From contig JYFJ02004331.1 in the NCBI GenBank assembly GCA_000934665.2, positions 1 through 32,912 of the forward strand: a stretch of DNA of 32,912 nt, in the 5' to 3' direction. This DNA is from Catajapyx aquilonaris. Taxonomy: Eukaryota. Positions 1-23,800 of this stretch are shown here, in pieces. The first letter of the stretch is position 1. Every line of letters begins with the position of its first letter. Position numbers and translations under genes: made by a program. The notes below the pieces were generated by a model. That model worked only from the letters and a program-made list of their open reading frames with translations, searched no databases and was not told where the DNA came from.

Positions 1-244
1 GATATCGCAAAAATAACGACATTTCACCCCCAAAGGGCCACAACTTTTCATGTTTAGGCCGGGTAAGTGTACTCGCACACGAAAAAACGAAAACCCGCAA
101 GTTGCGTCACAAACGCCCCTGGCGGGACCGTAGGATATTAACCCACATGACTCAAATTTTTTACCTGTCAAAAGGATCACCCAACGCAACTTTTTTTCAC
201 TAGCGAACTACAACTTTCGAAAAAAAGTGTTTTTAGAGCCGCCC
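1..244. mobile_element. Right-hand part of a probable DNA transposon/MITE cut by the window edge (ends ...GAGCCGCCC|TAA)
   Basis: CpG-rich block ending abruptly at gccc-taa; partner TIR not visible. Confidence 0.35.
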
Positions 245-1568
245 TAATGTACATACACTACCTGTCAAATTGTACATGGCATCCATTTAAAATGATGACA
301 AGGGTGTCCAGATTCTCACTCAGCCATATTTGCATGTGAGGAGAACGAATTCTTGTGGGCAAGTGTGGGAGGAAGAGTGGCACATTTTTATCAGGTAATT
401 GAAAAGTTGGAAGGTGCCACTGCAGTGGAGTAAGATATGTCTGGTGCAAAATATGCCTCACACAACTGACAATACTTCGGAGGGATGCTATGCAATATGT
501 TCCAATACAAATTGAATAGGCAGAGCACACAATTAATTACTTTCTCTTCATAGCAGTTATCCCAGTTATCCAAAAGTGACCCAGATACTTGGAGCGCCCT
601 GTATTAATGGGCAGCCCTGTCGTTCATGTCACTTGTTCAAATCTATGACTACATTCATACTTGTCCTCTTATGCAACTTTGGCTGACAGGAAATGTGGAT
701 ATGCTTGCGATCATTTCGAACGTGCACACCACTGGGGGCTACCAGGTTTAAGCACCAAGGGTACGCAAGATTTGTCGGGTAGTGTACTACCTTGGAATGT
801 CAAAAGTGATTTTGCATGTCATTCATCTGTGAAACACTTCCGGAGAGTCATTCTCTGTATTCTCACCTGCCAAAACAGTTTTGAAGGTAATGAAACAAGT
901 CTTTGGCTTCAAACTTGGTGCATGGTGTGGACCAGGGTTTGGACTCTTTGGAGGATGCTCAAAGCCATTCCACATGAATTTTTAGAGCAAGGTGCACAAC
1001 TGCATCTGACTGGAAATGGTAATTTGTATGCAGGCATGCCTAGAGATCTCAAACGGTTCAAGTTGGGCATTTTTTAGCCTTCTGACCATGATCAGCACTT
1101 TTCAATGAGTAATCGTCATTTGTATTACATCTTGCAGAAACTTTTTGGCTGCTGAGAGCCTAAGGAGAAAACCTGTTTTGTAGTCAGATTTGTTTATACT
1201 TCTCTAGGTGTGTTCTAATGAATGAAATTTATCAGTAAAAGATGCAATATAGCAACTGCATGTGGCATTTGAAAGTAAATTGGTTACGTGTGTGTCACAA
1301 GGACAAGTGTTTTTCTCTACCCTGATAAGCAGAAATGCAAGTTAAATCATGTGAGTAAAGTCACCTTTTAGGGAAGAATGTAAAACTATCTGCAATACCG
1401 GGACGGGAATTGCATGTGTGGCAACAAGAATTTATTCAGGCTTAAATTAGCATTTTTGGGTATGTCAGGATGATGGCTGTGATTAAACTGAAGTTGGTTC
1501 TATATTGAAGCTTCTGTGTTTTTTTTGGACAAAAAAAATGTAGAATATATGGAATCTATATCAGGTGA

Positions 1569-14239
<12,671 letters not shown>

Positions 14240-16818
14240 CCTCAGAGGGGTAGGGTGGTTGCTGCCTCATCTGCCAGCGGGTCAATCACCAGGCGGAGGA
14301 GTAGCCACCCACAGCACCAGCCCACCCGTCTCCTCTACAGGCAAGAGCATCATCATGTGGTTGGGATGGGTGGGATGCGCATGGGTGTTGTTGTTGCAAC
14401 ATGGTCTTCAGCAAGAGGTGGAGGTGGTAGTGGGAGATGAATTGTTCAACCCCACTGGAAAAAAATTAAGATGTTTTAAGTGCGCTTCCAAATTCTGTTA
14501 CTTGTGAAGGCCTCTTCTGGGTCTCTTGTGGCTCTCACAGGTGCGTATAGGACATTTGTGAGCACTCTAAGCTGGTATGATCAGGACTTATCTTTTTGTG
14601 ATTTACTTGTGGTATGGAAAAAAATTGCCCTTCGATTTAATTTTTGGAAATATGTTTCGGTGAGAAGAACAGATTGATGGAACCCTGTCATCCTGTGGAT
14701 GGCGTAGTGGAAGGATGTGAGGTGCTTTCATAATTTGTACCAGAACATTTATTTTGTAATTGCCTAAATTTTGTGTGACTGAAGGTTTTTTGCTGCCATG
14801 TCCAACTCAACACATGTACTGAAAAAATCTTTCCCTCCTATGAAATGATACGTGACTAAAATTGTGTATATGTCATTGCAAACATTTTATAACATGGGAA
14901 AGTTGAATCTGCATGTGGGGAGAAGAATTTTCATCGAGACCAGTTTTTTTGCTTGCCACGACTGAGTGCAAGCCTCAATAGAAGTCCGATCAAAAAGGAT
15001 CACTGCCAACAGCTTTTCTCTTGCCAGCTCTTTCAGGACCCATATGACATTTTAGCTAAAAGCCATCTACAGTGGGAACATATCTGGGAAAACCACTTCT
15101 GGCTGGTCCTGATAAAGCCCAAAGCACAGACCATGAATACTTTAAGCTACCTGCTTTTTGAGATCTGATTCATCAGATAGAGTAATACTCTTTCTTGAGA
15201 ACTGACAGTTGATATAATGTGTTGTTAATATCCAGAGAGTTTCCCTTGTCCCCATATATCCCAACAGTTACCAGATAAAGATTGATTGCTTATGTACATC
15301 ACTATAGTGTATATGACTGAAACACCTGCCTCTCTCTAACTTTTTTTTTTTGTTTTCCTCTCTCTCTCTTGGAAATGATCATTAGGAGTGGGGATGGGCC
15401 AGATGAGAAGCAAATTTGTCAGTTGTGGATGTGGTGTGCAGATTATTATGCTTTTAATATCTCGAACTAGTTTTTCGATAAATGTTTTCATTGGTGTTAT
15501 CACAACTTCACTGAACTAATTTTGCCTTGTCACAACGCTTAAGATGAGCAGCTCATGTCGAGGTTGCCAAATGTGAAGTCATTTTATATTGGCCATCCTG
15601 TCAGATTCAGAATGAGTGCATGATTCACATTGTTTAAGGGAAGAAGGATGATGTGTGCGTGAGAGAATGTCATCCTTCCCTACCGCCCAGTTTTTTGCGT
15701 GTGAATTAATGCCTTTAATTTTTGGTGCCAACATGTAGTGTAATATTATTGTCAGACCCATTTCTACTGAATGGAAAAGGGCCTTGGTAGCTTCCTGATT
15801 TTTATTTTTTATTTTTTATTTTTTGTTTTTTTTTGTTTTTTTTTGTGAAGGGAATAATAATGGGTGGTGCTGTTTTGTAGTATCTTGTGCTGCGTAAGGT
15901 TATCCTTGATTTCCTTTGTGAAGTATTCTTCATTTGTAATCATTTGTGTACTATATATTGTACTGCTTTGAAGCGAAAACAAACTGCACCCAGAGAAAGA
16001 TATGTCTGGAAGAAGTTCCACCGATGTTGTGTTGTTATCTTTGTAATGACTCTCGTAACACCAAACTTTTTGCACAAGAGAATGCATCCCCCCCACTTTA
16101 TATACTGGCGTTTCTTACCAATCAGGTGTAAGCAGAAGAAAAGTGAAGAAGTGAATCCCAAAAGTTGTTCCTTAGCTTGGTTGGAATTTCAAAAGTATGG
16201 TAAATTGTGGTTGTGGTTTAATTTCCAGTATTCTCCTGCCCATTTTAATTTTCAGCAGTTTTTTTAAAGGATTTGGAGTAGGAACGGTTTGTTTTCATGT
16301 TCATGAAAGCATTCTGGTATATACGAAATATAGGGTAAATATATGGTTGAAAGACTTAAAATTTTGCTGTTGTGTCACAGACATGGATTATGCAATCAAA
16401 AACACTAAAACAATGTGTTCATTATGCAGTGTTTCATGAGTGGTGATAAACATTTAAGTAACAAGTGTGAGAACCTTTTTTTCTGACATTCCTGGAGTGA
16501 TAGTATGGATAAGTGATACTGAAGCACTTGCGTTGGAAACAAAAAGGCCCCAAAGAAATGTCACTGTGATACATTTCAGATTAGAGGCAAGGCCATGGTT
16601 AATTTAGGGCTCATTAGGATGAGGTAGGATAGATTGGGTTACATGGAGTATCTTTGTTTCGGTGGGTTGGCACTCCCGGTACCATACACTACATCGGCGC
16701 ATTTTTTCGGGACCATTATATTTCAGAGATTGTGGCTTCAGAATTGATTTCAAGATATCTATACACAAGTTTTCATGTGCCATGATGCAAGTTTGGCGGC
16801 ATCATGATTTCTAGCAGC

Positions 16819-17023
16819 CAGTGGTTCTCAGTGTGTGGTCCATGGTCGACTAGTGACTGATCTGATTCAGGTTACCACATCGCCTATATTGTGGGGGTGA
16901 ATGGGTAAGAGACAACCAAAGGCAACAGCCTAGATGCATATAGTTATGTGCTTATATCAAGCTGAAGTAGGCCACTGGATCTTTTTCCCTCCTTAGTTGT
17001 GGTGAAAAGTTGCAGAACCATTG
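16819..17023. mobile_element. Degenerate hAT (Charlie/Buster-like) MITE
   Basis: CAGTGGTTCTCA ... gcagaaccattg ends; TSD not convincing. Confidence 0.42.
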
Positions 17024-17429
17024 CAGTGAGCAAAGGAACTGCCATGACCAAAAATTGAATTGCACTATTTGGTCACTATTTTTTACTGCATGTCTTTAAC
17101 AAATCAGCTGACGTTTATCTATAATAAGCTTTCAGATGCTCATCTCCCAGCTAGGTTGCATGCTCGTCAGTGTGAGCATTTCATTTTAAATTCTGCATTG
17201 CGGACCACCAAACTCTGCACTGCCCTGCACCAGTGACACGCCAACACCAGGATGTCAACTGGCCAAGACAGACTTTCATCTCTGCAAAAGTATCGCATCA
17301 TGCCCACATAGTTTTTGTGCCTGCAGTAGTTTCCCTCCTGATTCACCATACAGCATATTACTTGATATTACTTGGTATAAAAACATGTACTGTGCCATAC
17401 TGTATCTGCCCAATACAGTATTTCACTAC

Positions 17430-17748
17430 GCCCCTAACAACTCCCCAACTCTCCACAGGCGTCGCCACATTCGCCATCAATCAACGCTCGATTATCCACA
17501 TCCGTGTTAACCACTTTTATCTCGAATAATAAAATATTATGTTGTTGTCCACACCTATTTTATTATTAAATGCTGGTTATTATTTTTCGTCAGCTGAGAA
17601 CAGTGCTGGAAGCGGACGCCATTTTTGTGTGGAATTTCAGGCGAAAGAGAAATGCAAGAAAATGCGTTCGAATCTGTGTTGTGGAACTAGGCAGTTGATT
17701 GTTGCATGCAACTAATTGGTTCCAGAAAGAATTGTGTGCATTGTAGAC
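17430..17748 (+). promoter_or_regulatory. Probable promoter/5'UTR of gene 2, with a YY1/Pho-type motif CGCCATTTT (17617-17625)
   Basis: Local rise in CpG relative to the flanks (judged by eye) and a YY1 consensus ~130 nt upstream of the ATG. Confidence 0.4.
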
Positions 17749-17886
17749 ATGGATGCGGGTCAGGACCAGGACTGGCAGACGTACAAGACGTCGGTGTCTG
17801 CTCGGACAGGTCATTTGCTGGACACAGGACTCTACAGCGACGTTACTCTTGCCGTCGGGCACACGCAGTGCCAGCAGGAATTTAAG
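17749..17886 (+). CDS. BTB-BACK-PHR gene, coding exon 1
   Basis: gacATGg start; MDAGQDQDWQ...SDVTLAVG...QEFK; donor gtactg at 17887. Confidence 0.85.
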
Positions 17887-20800
17887 GTACTGCAGATGGG
17901 AAGGGGGCAGGATGGTCGTAAGGGAGGGTGCATACATAGTCGGGCCAAGAAAAACATGACAGCATTTCAGCATAAATATTGTTGACAGCAGGGATATGAA
18001 TGTGATTATTCGCCACCAGGGTTTACCTGTTTTCATTGTCGATATGAAAATATGGCACCTCTGCAGAGGTAGTTTGAAACTTATTTCTGAAATCTAAAAA
18101 CTCTTTAAGCGATTGTGATGGTGGATTCAGGAAGTGACATAAGTGCTGATTTCGTATGATCACAAAATGGGCATGCTGTTCAAGTGTATGTGGGCAGCAG
18201 TTAAGGAATTTGTGTTGTAAACCTGGGAGATCTGAGCGTTGGTCCTCTTCCACACTGGACCACAACAACATCGGAGGTGTAGGATCATGAAATAGGGTAT
18301 ACCTGGATGCAAGACACCTGCGGTATAGATTAAAGTTAAGTGTACTTTGTCTCAGCTACATGGTGTAGCTGAGACAAAGTACACTTAACTTTAATCTGTA
18401 CCCTCAGGTTGTCTTGTATCCAGGTATCCTTTATTTCCTGATGCACCACCTTTGTACTGGCATAAACTTGTTACAATTTCTCCAGCTATTCATCTGGCCA
18501 GCCATACCTTTCTCCATAGCACTAGGTTCCTGAAGGCTCCTTTAATCAAACTAAGGCCCCCTTTACACCCCTTCCATTAAGTTTTCTAGTCAGAGAAACA
18601 ATACACAAATCATAAATGTGGTGCATCTGAAATTATTCTTAACAAAGCACTTGCAAATGCAAAAAAAAAAAATACATGTCTTATTTTTTGACTATTTCCA
18701 TTTGTAGAATGGTTGGTTGACTCTATACTGGCTATCACACTCTGTATTTGACTCTCTGTCTCCCGCTTGCTGCTGCACGTTTTGGGTGGGGGTATGAAAA
18801 TAGCGCCCTAGGTGAAAATTACTGGATCTGGCACCATTGCATTGGTTTCACTCTCGATTCATGCATAAGATGGGGCTGAAGCGTCCGATACCTACAAACC
18901 TGAGTTGCATCTTGAGAGAGCCATGTACCACCTCATATGCTTTGCACGAGAAGGTGACGTTATCGTATTGTGACATCTACGTTTTGTTTTTTTTGGGCGG
19001 CTTCCACCCATTGAAAAAATCCAAGATAAATCTATATGATTGCCCACTACCTCTAATAAATTATGAAAACATGAAGTGTCTGTTAAAATTCTTTTAAAGG
19101 TCCGGTTTAAGCAGAGGTAATGTGAGTCACCAGGTGCAAAAAAAAGTAGCTCAGGTGTCAAGCGGGCACCGGAGCAGTCCGCCAGGCCAATTAGGAGCAA
19201 GTACACTTTTTACTGCCAAAATGGCGCGGGGGGAGATTGCCTACCCATCACAGATCGTTCTGATTTTTTAATTGGCAAAAAGTAAGTCGCAGAATATCAG
19301 GAATTTTTAAATGGTGTTCAGCTGCACGTCCACTTACCGGAAAATATGCAGCAGGGAGCTATATGTATTTAAATTCATGCAGTAAATGTTTGTTTACAAT
19401 GAATGAGATCTTTGACGTCGTGCCATTAAAAATATCAAGCGAGTGGCGTAAATACTCATGAATGAACATTAGCCTTAGGTAACTCTTCTACAGGGTGTTT
19501 CAGAGTCACGGGTCAAGCCCGTGAGGGGGTGGGGAAAAATCGTAGGTGGCGACAACCCCGATCGGTTTTATAAAACAATTAGAAATACGGGAGTAATCAA
19601 TTATTTTATTACGGCGTGATGTCACATCCTTTCTGTTCGAATTGACTGGCGCGGACTGGCAGCTGCCGTGGGTTGAACCTGGTTGAACGGCTTTTTAGCC
19701 TTGCGGCTTGCACTGAAAAAGGCTCTCTCATGCTATACTGGGAGGGTACTGTACAAAGTAGTGTACTGTACAGTAGTGTGTACAGTACCCTGCCGGTATA
19801 GCATGAGAGCGCCCTTTTCAGTGCAACCCTCAAGACTGAAAAGCCGTTCAACCAGGTTCAACCGACGGCAGCTGCCAGTCCTCGCCAGGCAATTCGAACA
19901 GAAAGGATGTGACGTCACGCTGTAATAAAATAATTGATTACTGCCGTATTTCTAATTGTTTTATAAAACCGACCGGGGTTGTCGCCACCTACGATTTTTC
20001 CCCACCCCCTTGTGCGCGCTTGACCCTTGACTCTGAAACACCCTGTAGTTTCTATGGTGAAAGAAATTTTCGTCGGGGTTATACCAGTGAATTTTAAACA
20101 ATTCTTTTGTTTCGTTGCAGTATAATGCAACCAAAATGGCTGCCAGAGACAAAGGGTTAACAGGCAAATCACAATTATAAGATAGGCTGTAGCTGCATTA
20201 ATATAATATTATGCTGCATATAATGAAAGTTGTTAGCAGCTCATGTCAATTGTAATGTGTAGTTCTGTAGTGTTTATAGGTTCATATTTAACATGATTGC
20301 CCTTATGTTATGGTACGATGTAACTATTATGCACTAGTGCAGTGGTTCTTAACCTGGGGTGCGAGTGTGGCTCCCCTGGGGGTGTGAGCAAGGTGCACTT
20401 CTTGACTTACGTTAGTCTAATTATGAACTTAATCAATCACCACTGGTATAGGGGGTGCGACAAGGACCAACTGTCTTCAAAGTGGTCCAGAGGCCCGAAA
20501 AGGTTAAGAACCCCTGCATTAGTGCAAAGCCCAAAACCACAAACCAAGGGAGAGGGTGAGGGAGAAGTTATGGATTATTTGAGGGGTTGAGAGCAAGAAT
20601 GGCGTATGCCACTCAATTGGCTAAACTGAGTTATCACCACAGATAGAATCCTCACACTGTATTCTACCAGTGTCACAGACTAAATGCATCTGTTGGGATG
20701 CGTTATCTGAATGAAAAGAGCACCCAAACTTTCCGATTAACATTGAGGAGATAGGCAATTAATACTTTATTTACTTTTGTTTCTAATGTGGCATACGCCA

Positions 20801-23800
20801 TTCTTGTTCTCAACCCCTCATTTGTTTCAGATGGAGTGGCGCCGCGGTAACGCGTGCGCCCACGGAAGTTAAGGTCCCGGGTTCAATCCCCACCCGGGGT
20901 TCCCACCTTCTTTCGTGCAGAGTTGGGCCATCTCTGGCTTCGTTTCGGGTGGCAATTTCCGATAGACTAAGCCACCCGGGGGAGTTCACAAAATGACCAA
21001 TTAACGACAGCACACATGCACTTTGCACATCCCCTCCTAACTACCTTGGAGTATACTAATAAGATTATTCTTAACTCGCTCCAAAAAACAAATACCAATG
21101 GTGGTAATCCACCACCCCCCTATAGACCCAACAGGTCATCACGGGGTAAATTTAAAAAAAAAAAAAACTCATTTGTTTCAGAAACTATTTTAAAGAGAAA
21201 CTTTAACTATGTCCAGTAAATGTGACCCTGGCTGTAGCGAAAATGTAGAAAAGAGCAACAAAAGCCTTTTCCGACGTCCCCATTCCTGGGCTGTGGATTT
21301 GTGCACCTCTAGAAACAACTTAATTATGATATGGTCATATTATTTAAAAGGATGTCATAATGCAAAAATTGCGTTGGGAATACTCTCTGGGGCTTTTAAG
21401 TAATTAGCTATCATAATGCCAATTTTCAGCTCATTTGGTCTGGAAACAGGTTATAATTTTTATAACAATCATGCAAACAAAATTAGGGATTCATATGTTG
21501 AGATATAGCCTACTGTATACCTTGTAATATGTCATGGTTGCAATGTAATTTATTTTAAAGTAAGTGAATATCTTCCAGAACAACCCCACCTGCAAGAGTG
21601 TAGAGTTTAATTTGTTTTATTAAACATTGCCATAATAATAATGTGACCTGCCTTAAGGAAGGCTCTGCCTCAAGTTCTATTACTGGAAGGTTATGGGCAG
21701 GCCTCTGGTGATGCCAATTGTAGGATTGATCATGAAAATAATTCTTAACTGTTGCAAAATGATATCTGACTCTTTTTTCTCTAATCCATGTTTATTTCTC
21801 TCGAAAAGGTGCACAAAAACATCTTGGCGATGAGCAGTCCCGTGTTTGAGGCCATGTTTTATGGCTCCTTGGCTGAGGACTCAGTTGTTCAGATAACCGA
21901 CATCAAGCCAGAGACATTCCAGAAACTCCTCATGTATATATACAAGGACACACTGGACCTCATGAACATTGTGGAGGCTTGGGATTTGTGGTATGCCGCC
22001 AACAAATATCTTCTCAGGCACTTGGCACAACAGTGTCTGACGGTGAGTCATATTTGTTCATATCATAATATTTTTGTTTTCATAAGACTGAGGGAAGCAG
22101 GCACAAGAACATGACATATAGCCTGGTCAGTATGTACTTGAGTTGTTTCATAAGTCATGGCGTGTATTTTAAAATTAAAAAACCGTAACACATACAGAGA
22201 TGACCTTTGTTGAGTTTTGAATCTCCGGCGATTGCAATTTGAGCTAGCATATAGGGGAGGCAGGGAAACAAAAGGGGATCATGACCTCCCAACTGCACCA
22301 GCACCCTAAGAAGGCCTGAGCCTGACGCACTTGGAGCTGTTGGATGCTGCATGCTGGACAGTCGGCGATGGACAACACAGGAGCTTGCTTTCGAGTGTGG
22401 GACAAGTCAGAGCACTATGCTTAGGACTCTGAAAGACTGAAGAGTCTTAGGAAGTTGGCATCCTCACTGGTTCCTCACCATCTCTTTGAGGTGCAAAAGA
22501 ACTTTGCCTTCGCTTGGAACTCGATTGCATTGAGGGCGATGTTTTTTTCAAACAGTTTGTGGTGATGGATAACACATGGATCCGGTCATAGTGCTCTGAC
22601 TTCCCCCCCATGAGGGCCCTGCCCTGAAACGGGGTAACTAAATAAAATAATAAATAATAGTGCTCTGACTTGTCCCACACTCGAAAGCAAGTTCCAGTGT
22701 TGTCCATAGCCGAGTGTCCAGCATGCAGCATCCAACAGCTCCCAAGCGCGTCAGCTCGGGCCTTCTTAGGGCGCTGGTGCGGTGGGGGGCTCATGATCCC
22801 CTTTTGTTTCTCTGCCTCCCCTGCAATATGGGCAACATCTATATGCTAGCTCAAATTGCAATTGCCGGAGCTTCAAAACTCAGCAAAGGTCATCTCTGTA
22901 TGTGTTACTGTTTTTGAATTTTAAAATACACACCATGACTTACGAAAGAACCCACGTAAAAAAAATCACACAAATTGAAAAGACTCCTTCAATAGCCTGA
23001 TATTCTCTTGGATTATGCCATATATTTCAAAAGTAAACGGATCACTACCTTAGAGGAAATTCCATGCATCCTCCTGGTGTTGATATCCTCAAATTGAAAT
23101 TCTGTACAAAGTTGGCTGCAGTTCCTGTTCACATCTTTCAACCTGGGTGCAAACGTTAGCATGCCCTGCATGTGGAATTTTCACTGATATGGAACTGAGA
23201 TATTCATTAAGACATGTCAGCTCTCTTGATATGTTACGCTACCCCAGGAGGGCTAGAACCAACAAGTATTCCGTTTTTCCCTGCATCCAGGCTCCTGATG
23301 ATGTTTTTTTGGTTTGTTCTTTTTATTATTTATTTTACCTCGCGCTAGAGAACAAATAATGCTCTTATTATAACTTCAATCTCCAGTGCAAGGAATCAAG
23401 GATGTAGGGTAGGGATAGGGATTTTTGGGGAGGGGACACAGGTGCAAGTGCAATGTCGTTAAACGGGCCATGTGCAGTCCCCCAGGAGGTTAGGTTTCCA
23501 CACACCCTCGCCTTGCGGGTCATAGACCCTCCTGATGCAGGCGAAAGGGAAATCCCAGGCGGGGATCGAACCCAGGACCTCTCGCTCAGCAAGCCAAGCC
23601 GTTGCCGGCTCGGCCACCACGCTTCTCCACTCCTGATTATGTATGGATCAGGGAGGGGGAGCACTGAATGCATTGTAGGGTACTAACCACTGGTTGTGGC
23701 TGGATAGCACCAGAGTGTCTGCGATTGAAGTTTGCAATAACTAAAAGGACCCCAACACTTGGAACATACTATATGAAGACCTCAGGGGGAAATGATCAAG

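Noticed and set aside
587..603. Tc1/mariner-like end (TA|CAGGGCGCTCCAAGT on the minus strand)
   Set aside because: No partner TIR found in the window, so the element cannot be delimited.
661..1077. 138-aa ORF as a possible upstream exon or gene
   Set aside because: Non-ATG start, no recognisable motif, and no convincing splice connection to the 1604 exon.
15887..16267. 126-aa ORF in the presumed 3'UTR
   Set aside because: AT-rich UTR-like composition, non-ATG start and no domain similarity.
16390..16440. Possible polyadenylation site of gene 1 (ACTAAA followed by a GT-rich tract)
   Set aside because: No canonical AATAAA; cannot be supported without 3'-end data.
19609..19925. Near-identical ORFs on both strands (also near 7323-7768, 10256-10566 and 22155-22917)
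   Set aside because: By-product of palindromic MITE symmetry, not genes.
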